Below are positions 1 to 9,863 of a stretch of DNA of 64,000 nt, one piece after another. A program made the position numbers and the translations under genes. The DNA is from Iphione sp. A-MEVVRFRX5 (taxonomy: Eukaryota). Position 1 is the stretch's first letter; each line of letters begins with the position of its first letter. Below the pieces are notes generated by a model. That model was given only the letters and a program-made list of their open reading frames with translations. It searched no databases and was not told the origin of the DNA. The stretch is taken from NCBI GenBank assembly GCA_976226885.1, contig OZ320315.1, positions 14,136,001-14,200,000 on the forward strand, read 5' to 3'.

Positions 1-850
1 AAACAGTGCCGATAAGTATAGAGCGATCAAAGGAGGTGAGTTGATAGAGTCTCTAATTGACGTCAGCGTTTTCCGTCCTATTCATGGTGATGTGAAAACC
101 CTCTTTTCAGTGGATAAACTGGCACCGGGATATTCAACATCGAGGTGAGATAATTCCAACTTCTTACCCAGTTAGGGATGCATTCCACTGCTGTATCCAG
201 ACCTATGGGAAACGACTCACCGATTAGGCCTAAGAAAGATCTGTGTTTCCACTAGCATGCCATAAAAGGAGAGAGTCGATGGGTAGGTACTATTTTTCCT
301 TTTTTTTAAAATTTAATTCACGCTGGAGGAAGGGAAATGTGTACGGTTATATCACTTCTTCTACTTAGACTTTAATGAAACATATATTAAATGAGAGCTA
401 GTAACCTATGGAGTAAATTGGTATATAGAACATGTTGTTTGTTTAGGCCGTACGTTCAACAGTCATTTCGCTGTACATGATGCAAAACCATCCACATACT
501 CTGCATACTTAGCTTACCAATCCTGAGGCAAAGGTTTACGTAAAAGATAGCTGCATCTCTAACCCTGAGGAGCGTCATATGGCGTGCAGCTTCTCTCCTG
601 CAACACTGCTGGGCAACAACGGATCCTGCGTTGAAAGGCGAGATGTTGGAACAGTTAAGCTTTACTGTACACGTTTTCCACAAACTCCCGTTGCCAGTGC
701 ATGTACGTTTTAGTGCTCTTATCAGTGCGAGATGAATGTACCTGGACACGTTGCTCTTTTCCCAGGTGAATCATTACACGACATACACAAACTGTTGCCT
801 GAAAGTAGTTCCTGCCATGGGAAGAAGGTCTCATAGAGATGCGGTTTAAG
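1..850 (+). pseudogene. Possible decayed spliced gene fragment, family unrecognised (candidate exons <1-35, 111-144, 201-282, 447-~850)
   Basis: Splice-like junctions gag|GTGAGT (36), cttttcAG| (110), gag|GTGAGA (145), tatccAG| (200), tgg|GTAGGT (283) and tgtttgtttAG| (446) are phase-consistent. Joined reading ..ADKYRAIKGVDKLAPGYSTSRPMGND..AVRSTVISLYMMQNHPH..; in-frame TAG at 253, 510, 711 and 834. No family motif recognised. Confidence 0.3.
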
Positions 851-2010
851 ATAGGGACATTATCTTCCATAATTACTTAATAGACCCTTCTGTTTCTTAC
901 TGTATCAGCAAAACAACAACATCAGACTAACAGGAAATTCGCTATTAATACATCATAGTTAAGATACCTAGATGTATCCTTTCTGGTCACCATGATAAAA
1001 TGAATAAAATTGCATCATCACATTTTTAAAAGAAGGCAGAAAAATATGTTTTTTTTTATATTTTCTGATATTAAAATCAATGGTATTCGATGGGTTTATT
1101 CTGGTCCTAGACTTTATTGTTCCTTTATGTATCAGAAATATATCAAAAGGTATCAAACATTCATATGTTAGGTATGTGGGGACAATGCCTTTGACTTTTG
1201 GGGATATTAGCCAATCAGTGTATCAGTGTATGTAGAAAGTGGGTCGATTGATGACATCACAGGAGTTTGATCTAGTTTTAGCCAATGAACATTTGAGAAA
1301 AGTAGTTCACAGGCTCATTAACCTAAATTTTAGGAGATTGTTTTATACCACTGCACTGCAAAATCTAGAGAGGGTCCAAAACCTTCCATTTTCGGGGGGC
1401 TTGTGGTTAGTCCATATATGGTGTTTTGGAGCAGGAGGCAGGGTGGGAGTGTGAGTGTAAGGAGGTAGGAGTGAGGGGTATATCAAGGGGTATCAGGTCG
1501 GTGATAATGAGCCATGCCAATAGATGGATTTAGTTTTGCAAATGCCATGCCGTCATCAGCAGCAACCCTCTTGCTCTTGCTGCTGGTTTTAGGGATCACT
1601 AGTTTGAATCTTTCGATTTGGGAGAGTCAGAGGTAGCTCACTTTCAGGAGCCAGCCCATCTTTCAATAAAATGGTGAATGGCATCGGATGACCAAGAGGC
1701 CCCACTAGGGTAAACTAAAAGAGAAGTAAAATAAGTATCTTAATACTAAATGTAGTGAGCCTTAACATCTTAATGCTTAAGGTAGTAAAAGTTCTTCCGA
1801 AGGTACACAAGTAAGTGCTCCACTGCCTCCAGGTGCTCTCATTATGCTTGGAAGAGCCAACTTGAGAGCATCTAGGACACAATCATAATCTGTCAGTAAT
1901 TATAAGCGGTAATTCAACTTTCTAATGTAGTTAAATGGAAGAATTGCCCCATATGCAGTGTAAATAGGGTAAGGGATGAAATGTGTGCATGTTCCATGCT
2001 TGGTGGCCTA

Positions 2011-5000
2011 AATTGAAATTGAAATTGAAATTTGTTTATTCATCTTTCTCCGGATACAGAGATCTCCAAGATAAATAGTGCAAAAAAGCAAACAATCTGT
2101 GATTTAAGTGCGTTGACAAAAAGTGATTACATGGTACAATGAGCTACACACTAGTGGGGACCATTGGCAGCTAAGTGAACTGTATTTGGCCTACAGGTGA
2201 ACAACAGTAGTATATCTATCATATAGTAAACATCAAGATATATCTGGCATAGTGATGGCTGTCTCATGACTCTATGACTAGACAGTGATTGGAATCAGAT
2301 TAAGAGGCACCATCATTATCACAGCAAAATAGGGCATCAGAAGTAAATCATCCAACCATATTACATGATTACTAGGTTCTAACTGTCATCGTTAATATCA
2401 TATATCATTCAATATCGCAAGTTCCAGTCAATATCTTTGGTATCAGATATTGTCCATCATCTCATATCATATATTAGTCAACTTTTTGCCGGTATTCATT
2501 GAAGAGCCGACATACGCGTTGCATGCACCCATGTAGTAAAATCGCAGATTCACACAAGGTAAATGTCATCTGAACTACTATAGCAACTTAGGGTTAAGAC
2601 ATTGAAATAGTTACACTCATCTAGCATTATCATGAATAAACAGTGTGCTTCAATAATATTGGATAATCTTCTGGGATCGACTATTTGTTATGCTCATTAG
2701 GATTCAAGTCCAGTTAAGATGTCTTATATGGTTTTTAACACAGAAAGCCTGATTCAGGCGATCTCGGGGTCAATCCCCAGGTTACCGTGTGTCAGATACA
2801 TTACACATCGGCAGTCTCTCACCAACATTGAAAATGGGTCAACAGGGTAATAGCAGCCAATGGTGCATTTAGTGTATGGCAGCTTTCCTCCATGTACCGC
2901 ACATATTCCGTAGATGAAGTGTAGAAGCAATAACGACAGAGCGTGTGCTTATCATCACATGTTAGAAGAAGGTACATGTAATGTTTGCCCCACAGTTCCC
3001 CCTGGTGACCCTGTAACAGATTCACTGCCCTACTTCACGGATATAGGCCAGTGCTGTCTTCGGGAGCCTGCGACACCTTTTAATGTCTTTTGGAAGGCAA
3101 TTCCACTGACGTACTGCCCTATAGCCCAGTGATCTGGTGTAAGAGGTTGTCTTGGGCCTATCAAGGTAGCCACGAGGTTCCCCACCATCCGGGGTCACAC
3201 TGGACCGATCAATTTTTAGAAGGCCGAGGTGGTGGAGCTTATGGATCACCTGTAGACCTTGCCATTCTACCATAGTTTCGATGCGCTCTATCCCAAACTT
3301 CTTGTGCATGGATGCCGCTGGGATGAAATCTCTTTTATGCAGCACCAATCTGCAACATCGATTTAAGTGTACCTGAAGCCTTACCAAGTCCGACTTTGGT
3401 ACACCATACCAAAGGACTGCCTGGTAGCGTAGGTGTGGTAGGACCAACGTCTTTAGTAGCAGCAGTCTTGCCTGAAAAGGTAGAATGACCTTTAGCCTGG
3501 CCAGCATTTTTGATGTTAACCAGGTCTTACTCATGACCATTTTCAGACTTTTTTTCATTTTTAGCTGTCCATCCAGATGGTAGCCTAGAAGTTTTGTACA
3601 GCTATCCACTTGTAGTTTTTCACCACCCAGCGAAAGGTCTAAGGAAATTCCTGAGGCAGGACCACATTTGCCTCTGCTGAGTAGCAGCCCATGGCGTGAG
3701 CACCAATTGTCAACTGCATCCAGTACCCTCATACTGGTGGCCCGCAGTCTGAGTAGGTCCCTTGCTCCCACCAGCACTGAAAGGTCGTCTGCATACATGA
3801 TGGGGCAACAGTCAACTGGCAGGCATTTTGGAAGGCTATCAACTACCAAAGTAAAGGCACTGGGCCCGAAAACCGAGCCCTGGGGTACTCCCTGGCTCAG
3901 TTCCAGCAACCCAGAGTCAGTGCCCTCACACCTGACGTACTGTTTGCGGCCACTAAGGTAGGACGCAACCATCATCCTGAGGTGTGGGCCTGCACCCAAT
4001 TCCGACAGTCTCCGTAGGATGCTTTAGTGCGGGACTATGTCAAAGGCCTTTGTGAAGTCAAAGGTAAGGATGCAGGCATACCTCTTAGCATTTAGAAGGC
4101 ATTTAGCCTGATTGACTAGGCATGCCACGGCCATCTCAATCCCCTTCCCGGCTCGAAAGCCGTGTTGACTGTTATGTAGTGCACCTTGATGGTGCAGCTT
4201 GTTCATCAACCTGGGGACAAACCAACTTTCGTAGACCTTTCCTTGAATTGGAAGAATAGAAATTGGCCTGTAATTTGATAGCTCGTTAGGATTGCCCCGT
4301 TTAAGGATGGGGGTGACCCTGGCTATCTTCCACGAGGTAGGATATTTGCCAGTAGCATATATCCTAGTGCAGATCCAGGAGAGGAAGTCTGGCACAAGAC
4401 ATAGCAGAGGTTTCAGCACCCTCGATGCCTTCCACCCCTGACGACTTGTGAGGTTTTTGTTTCCTAACCAGCTCCAGGATGTCCGTAGGACTTGGGGAAC
4501 CAAGTTCAAAGCGGCTCCGGACTGGGTCAAGCCAGTCTTGCAACCTTTGTGGAGGGAACACACGAAGATCTTCCACACCTTTCACAAAGAACTGGTTGAA
4601 GGCGTCTGGCAATGAGATGCCCATGCTCGTCTCAATTTGTTCTCTGTCTGGGTACCGCGCTTGCATTGTGCCTTTTCCCATTGCTTCGTTGAGAATACTC
4701 CATAATCTCTGGGTATTCCTGCCAGCCTCCCTCACCCTGGTTTCCCAGTGTCTCCTTCTACAAGTCTGCATAGCTCTCTTAGCCTTATTGTTTAGATATT
4801 TAAATATCCGACGGCTGTCCTCACATTTATATTTCCTCCATTTATGGAGGAAGTATGCCCTGTCCTTCAGGAGTTCAATGGTTCCTTTGTCAAGGACCAG
4901 GCCATCTTCACGTCGGCGATGCTTGCTTTGTGTCGGCGAACACCTATTGTCTAGCTCACATTTGACATGCTGTGTGAAGTGGTCCCATGCCAATTCATGG

Positions 5001-5120
5001 TCCCCCTCTTGAGATAAACCGTCCCTGCACAGCGAATTCAGCAGATCTGGCAGATCTAGCTTATCCCAGCGCCGGACAGTGTGGGTTGCAGCATGGATAG
5101 TAGCCTTGCCAAACCTAAAG
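2011..5120 (-). mobile_element. 5'-truncated non-LTR retrotransposon (CR1/L2 group LINE), copy 1
   Basis: RT motifs in ORFs 4364-4993, 4024-4578 and 3022-3999 (WKIARVTPILK, NYRPISILP, QHGFR, DFTKAFD, GVPQGSVFGP, YADD, KLLG). About 1-kb 3' UTR ending in AATAAA + (TTTCAA)n at 2011-2040 on the minus strand. Confidence 0.9.
3022..5115 (-). pseudogene. LINE ORF2 (EN-RT linker + reverse transcriptase), disrupted
   Basis: Continuous RT homology broken by one frameshift near 4430-4460 (SSGVEGIE/RVLKPLL) and one in-frame TAA at 4024-4026. The frame is open upstream to ~5115 (FGKATIHAATHTVRRWDKLDL). Confidence 0.88.
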
Positions 5121-5636
5121 GTGAGTAAAATGGGCTGGTGAATAGGTGAAGGATGGAGGGGTACAATGTTTAGGGAGTGTTACAGGTGAGGTTATTTTAA
5201 TTTTCCTGCCTCCACTCCTCCCCACAAATCAAAGTTTTCAAATCTTACTACAAAAGACATAACAATCTAAGCTTTCCCTTATGTTATACAATTTGAATAA
5301 AGGATCATTCTTATAATGAGAATCTAACATATTATGGAAGAGAATGAGGAGGTCGAAAAGAATCCCCAGCAATTACTTTGTTGGTTAATTGTAATGTACA
5401 TTGAATGTAAGATATGAACTGCTAAAATTACTAGGGAAACTATGCTAAACAGGGTATGACCCCTTAATATAACATAACAGTTAAAGACTAGCGGAGGTTT
5501 TACGTTGATTTATCACCACATAACCAGTACTAGACAATCCATTGAATAGACCTGAGTAGGGTGTGACTCCTATGTAACTCTTATGTCCGTTTGAACGATC
5601 TCACCTCTAGAATGTATTATATGTTTGTCAGACAGT

Positions 5637-5900
5637 AGGATGTGATCCTGACATAATAAAATTTTATGGCTAAAATAATGTAGTTGGAGACAGGCACTGT
5701 AGAATCATAGCAGGATGTGATCCATATAGCTAATGATAACCCGGTAATACTTTTAATACTCTGACAAATTAGTACAGGATGTGATCCATATAGCTAATGA
5801 TAACCCGGTAATACTTTGAATATTCTGACAAATTAGTACAGGATGTGATCCATGTGTCTAATGATAATCTGGTAATATTTCTGATATTTCTGATACTTGA
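5637..5900. repeat. 64-bp tandem repeat, ~3 copies plus a partial
   Basis: caggatgtgatccat recurs at 5711, 5775 and 5839 (period 64), with a partial copy at 5637. Confidence 0.85.
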
Positions 5901-6586
5901 GAGTGATATTGATATTGGTAGATATAAAAATATTAAATTACAATACTATGGAAAACATAGATATAGGCAGCTGCAAAAAGATCCACGAACATCGCCAAAG
6001 AAATGTATAACAGGCATATGCTGGTAGCATATACATTATTATGTATGAATACACCAGTTGAAATGAAGTTATGATAATAAATAATAATATTTTCTGTCAT
6101 TGAAAATTTTGGGTTTAATTCTTTCAAGTCATTATTGAACCTCACATAAGATCTCATACACAGCTACCCATTTGAGGGGAGGACCCCAATGTTGGGAGCG
6201 ACCAGGCTTTCATTCTAGTTCCCTGTGGTTGTGGCAACCACATGGAGCTACACAATTCCTCTAGGGCAGCCTTCAGTAGGGGAGCAATCCTCTTGTTAAT
6301 TTTTATCCTTAGAGTAAGTGTCATTGCAATAGTTGTTATGGGTTTGAAATAAATTCGATTGCAGTATTGCAGTCGCCGGGCAGTACTGGGTTAACTATTT
6401 TAATCAAACAGTGGCTGGCCCAAGAAAACAAGCTAGCTCTGACTTTCCCAAATCAAAAATAAAACCTTCATGGCACCTTCATGGTCAAGGAAGGAATGGG
6501 TACTGTGTCCGCAGTGCCAAACTCTTATCGTCTTATCCCTTGGTGTTAGTAGTAGGTGTGGTGTGTTACAGTGAGCATCTACTATA

Positions 6587-7504
6587 ATGGACAGAAACAG
6601 AAGAACCCATTACATGTATCTCAGGCCCCGTGACAAATATAAGAAATTAATAAGGTGAATATTTCATCAGAGACTCTACTATCAGTTTGGTCTGTAATTC
6701 AGAGCTGACTTTTTTGAAGAGCGACATAGAGTCCGACCTTGTCATCCAGAGACTCATTATCGGGAATTCCCTGTTATCTGGACAAGGTTTCATGCAATAC
6801 ATGATCAATTTTGTACACATTCATGTTTGTTATCTGGTTTATGTGGTATCCAGACAAAAAGGGGAAAAGGGAGGGATCTAATTGACGGTATACATGTATA
6901 TATCCTTCTTTCGTAGCTCATAGAAAGGTGTGCTAATAACATGTGGTGAATAACATGAACTTATATTCATGCAAATCTATAGTTTCAAAGATGCAGATTT
7001 CGACGATCAGATGAGTGGAGATCTATCCATTATTACCACTGAATAATTTAGGAGTGAAGAAGCTTGAGATCTTGACATTCGACACAGGTAAAAGCATAGG
7101 TAGAGACTAGAAATAGAGAAGCTGAAATTATGGCTACATATTCTAATAGTCAATAAAATACAAGGTTTGCGAAGGCAGACCCAATTACAGAACAAGAAAG
7201 AAGTCGGATTTAAACATCAGGTCAACTTTAACATCTATATATTTACATACAAAATCCGTCCTCTAGGTCACAGCAATCCTGACACTCCTTTCGATACCAA
7301 AAAGGAGGTCCCACCATGCAGTGATGGCCAATTTCTCATTGCGACATGGGCTGCCTGAGGAACGAGATAAGGTGTGAACCTAGCTCTGCGGGTTGTTCAG
7401 TCTACTTCTTTATAACGGAAAGGCAAGGCCCACCCCTGAGTGCCATTCTGTCTTAAATATATGGAGTGTTCATTGCAGATAAGATAAGGTTGATTTGGCC
7501 TTTG
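6587..7504 (+). pseudogene. Small-intron multi-exon gene fragment, unrecognised family (exons 6587-6654, 6703-6895, 6983-7087, 7150-7220, 7267-7371 or -7504)
   Basis: Four GT-AG introns of 46-87 bp with AT-rich content and matching phases. Joined peptide MDRNRRTHYMYLRPRDKYKKLIRADFFEERHRVRPCHPETHYREFPVIWTRFHAIHDQFCTHSC..GRDLIDGIHFQRCRFRRSDEWRSIHYY[1-bp deletion]PLNNLGVKKLEILTFDTVNKIQ..GFKHQVTAILTLLSIPKRRSHH. Stops appear after 7371. Confidence 0.5.
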
Positions 7505-8158
7505 GTAAGCGAGCATTGGGGGTGGCTTAACCTACAATCATCTTGATTCAAATGAAGACACTGGAAGAGGATGGACCTATATGGCATATTCGATGAGACA
7601 CCAAATGTACTCGATTTCACATGGCACCCCATCCTGCACACAGTGATATTCCTACGAATATTTGCTACAGGATCGTCCCAACGGGTTGTTGGTGATAATT
7701 AGAATACCCATGCCTCTACCGTCTATTGGATTGTGCTTGTCCACCGTCAATACTATACACGGACATGTTTGGCATTTCATGATAATGCCCGCTACTGATA
7801 CTACTACTATTTGGCATAGACCGTACTTGTTAATTAAGCCAGGTAGTTTGTAGCTGTCCTCTGACGTTCAGTTAGTTGCTCGTGGTTTTTCCTAGTTTCT
7901 GCCATGTCCAGGGTTGTGGACAATATGAGTATACAGCTTCACAGGCTGGGGGGTGGACTACTGGAATATATATATGTAATTATATATATATGTTTCATAT
8001 ATGGCACTTTCCCAGTTAAGTATTGCATTTGGGGTTAAGAAAACATAAAATTTTAAATTCTGCATCTGCACATACCAAACAGTTCACTGAAAATAGAAGG
8101 CATGAGTGACACATACTGAAAAGTTTAGCATCCAGGGTCACATATTTTTTAATTCATG

Positions 8159-8171
8159 TCTCCCTAAAGTT
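8159..8171 (+). repeat. Target-site duplication of PLE, left copy (tctccctaaagtt)
   Basis: The identical 13-mer occurs at 12970-12982, immediately outside the other terminal repeat. Confidence 0.85.
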
Positions 8172-8413
8172 ATTCTTCTTAAGGACTACACACAAAACCC
8201 AACCAACAGGAATATGTTTATGGAGGCTTTAATTTGCAATCTTAATACAACTCAACGTTTCGGACTTCAGTGAGTCCTTCTTCAGGAGTAGTTGAATATT
8301 AACAGAGAATTTGGCTTTGCATATTGGTATTTTCTGGACACTTTAATTGTATGTAAATGTGTCAAGGGTCAAAGGTCAAAGAAAGTGTAACTGGGTCAAC
8401 AGGTGAAAAAAAT
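8171..8413 (-). repeat. PLE 3' terminal direct repeat (pseudo-LTR), 243 bp
   Basis: Base-by-base match to 12728-12970; no difference found by eye. Confidence 0.95.
8248..8294 (-). ncRNA. Minimal type I hammerhead ribozyme (3' pLTR copy)
   Basis: Minus RNA CAACUACUC-CUGAAGA-A-GGACU(cacuga)AGUCC-GAAAC-GUU^GAGUUG: catalytic core, 5-bp stem II, palindromic ACGU stem III. Predicted cut at 8254/8253. Confidence 0.85.
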
Positions 8414-8453
8414 TTTTCCAACATATTGTCCATGATTTCAAAAGTATTGTCTA

Positions 8454-9347
8454 CTAATGTCCATCTGGGTGACGCTTCTGTGGCCATAGGCCTTCGTTAA
8501 TTATTGACTGTTTCAAGGCTTTACCGATGTTCTGGTTGGCCTTGTACACCATGAGATAGATGTCTGAGAGCCACTCTCCTACTGGTATACATTCTAACCT
8601 ATCTGTCCTTGGTTTGGGAATTGGAGTTGGATGATAGTCTACTTTACTGGCTACTTTACTCTTGCTCTCAGGTACATAAGCTTCAACATTATTTACTATA
8701 GGTGTTGATGTGCTGGGCTTGGGTGTTTGTTTCTCCTTTGCTGGGGTTGCTGATGGTATCGGGGCTTTGTCGTTGGTCTTGACCTTGCTCGTCTTGGGTT
8801 CTTGTTTCTGCTTGATCGTTGTATCCACTATCTCTCCTTCTTCTACTTCACTGTCGGAAGAGATCTGGAGGTCCTCAGCCATCTCTTGGATGTTGGTCAG
8901 GGCATCGATGTCAGAACGGCATGTGGTAGCGGTGATTGGTTTCTTCTGATCGGTCGAGGGGGCACGGGGATCGTTTCTGGACTCATCACTATCGTTCTCG
9001 GACTCTGTCGATGTCGAGCTACTGGTGCTGGTGTTCAGCGACGTCGAGGAGCTCATGGAGGTGCGGTCTTTCAGGTATACTGTTTGCTTCTTCCTCATAT
9101 TGAACTGCTGCTGTACGATTCTGCTAAGAGGGTGTTGTGGTTGAGTCCGTATACGTTTCGTCGGATCACGTTTGGGTGGGCTGATCTCTATCGCCTTTCT
9201 CTTATTGGATTCGGTGTTACTCTGAGGACCTGTTGCTGTAGGCCTTGGTGATGGTGCGGACCCACTTGGTGTTTTGTTGGAGGGGGTTGGTTTGGTCGAT
9301 TGCCCACAACTGCTTCCACCCGACTGGGTCGGTTTGCCTAGAAACAA
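8454..9347 (-). CDS. PLE accessory ORF-B, 297 codons, Ser/Thr/Pro/Lys-rich, probably disordered, with a short ordered C-terminus
   Basis: Stop-free from ~9394 to 8457. Basic NLS-like KRKAIEISPPKRDPTKRIR, acidic SSDSEVEEGEI, C-terminal RLECIPVGEWLSDIYLMVYKAN. The listed start is TTG and the first ATG is ~97 codons in, so the true start is uncertain. Confidence 0.6.
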   Translation of the reverse strand: MFLGKPTQSGGSSCGQSTKPTPSNKTPSGSAPSPRPTATGPQSNTESNKRKAIEISPPKRDPTKRIRTQPQHPLSRIVQQQFNMRKKQTVYLKDRTSMSSSTSLNTSTSSSTSTESENDSDESRNDPRAPSTDQKKPITATTCRSDIDALTNIQEMAEDLQISSDSEVEEGEIVDTTIKQKQEPKTSKVKTNDKAPIPSATPAKEKQTPKPSTSTPIVNNVEAYVPESKSKVASKVDYHPTPIPKPRTDRLECIPVGEWLSDIYLMVYKANQNIGKALKQSIINEGLWPQKRHPDGH

Positions 9348-9663
9348 TTCGGGTCTTGTATAAGATTCTGATACGATAATTGGTAGGGGTTGGTATTATT
9401 CTGGTGTTTTTGGTGGTCGTGATTAATACAGGCGGGGGGATTTTATCATGGCAATCGTGGATTGTGTTTAGATGTTGTTTCAGGGTATCAGACCTCCCAT
9501 AAAATTTCCCACAAATTTTACAGGGGTACTTACCCTTGCTGTCAGTGTTGTTGCGTTTGGACCTGTGCTTGTCGTTCAAGTGTTTTATCATCATTCTGTG
9601 TGTGTTGCGGACACATTCACCACAAATATGGCACTCGGTGCAGTCTTTAGCAATATTGTTCAT
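9217..9663 (-). CDS. PLE accessory ORF-A, 148 aa, two C2H2-type zinc fingers
   Basis: C-x2-C-x13-H-x4-H (CHICGECVRNTHRMMIKHLNDKH) and C-x2-C-x12-H-x4-H (YPCKICGKFYGRSDTLKQHLNTIH). ATG has A at -3 and lies 48 nt after a predicted TSS. Confidence 0.75.
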   Translation of the reverse strand: MNNIAKDCTECHICGECVRNTHRMMIKHLNDKHRSKRNNTDSKGKYPCKICGKFYGRSDTLKQHLNTIHDCHDKIPPPVLITTTKNTRIIPTPTNYRIRILYKTRIVSRQTDPVGWKQLWAIDQTNPLQQNTKWVRTITKAYSNRSSE

Positions 9664-9707
9664 CGTTTCGGTGGTTATTGATGTTGACAGTGCTGTGGTT
9701 TGGAGGT

Positions 9708-9860
9708 GAATGAGAGCGATGCTCTTGGCGGCTGCTTATATAGTCCTGAGTTGTTGACGTTGTTATGGCGATCATGCGGTTGCGTATGCAACAATGTTGT
9801 TCGATTACGTCAAGTTACGTCCTTGTGACGTAACTTCCCGTTCCTGGCGCCACGTGGTCG
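9708..9860 (-). promoter_or_regulatory. Internal Pol II promoter immediately 3' of the PLE RT-EN stop
   Basis: TATATAAG at 9742-9735 and Inr TCATTC at 9713-9708 with +1 A 31 nt from the first T. Several TGACGT/TTACGT CRE-like sites at 9754-9834, CACGTG at 9851-9856; CpG-rich. Confidence 0.7.
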
Positions 9861-9863
9861 CCG

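Noticed and set aside
3090-5012. Plus-strand ORFs opposite the LINE, and similar ORFs opposite the PLE, Tigger and EamA gene
   Set aside because: Antisense shadows of real coding frames with no independent motifs.
5637-5900. CRISPR-like array (also considered for 29395-29680 and 14100-14290)
   Set aside because: Whole units repeat with no unique spacers, there are no cas genes, and the context is eukaryotic.
7453-7720. Minus-strand ORF with Cys/His pattern (MPYRSILFQCLHLNQDDCRLSHPQC)
   Set aside because: Protein-like but short, flanked by stops and overlapping the region where the plus-strand model continues. I cannot decide between them without a homology search.
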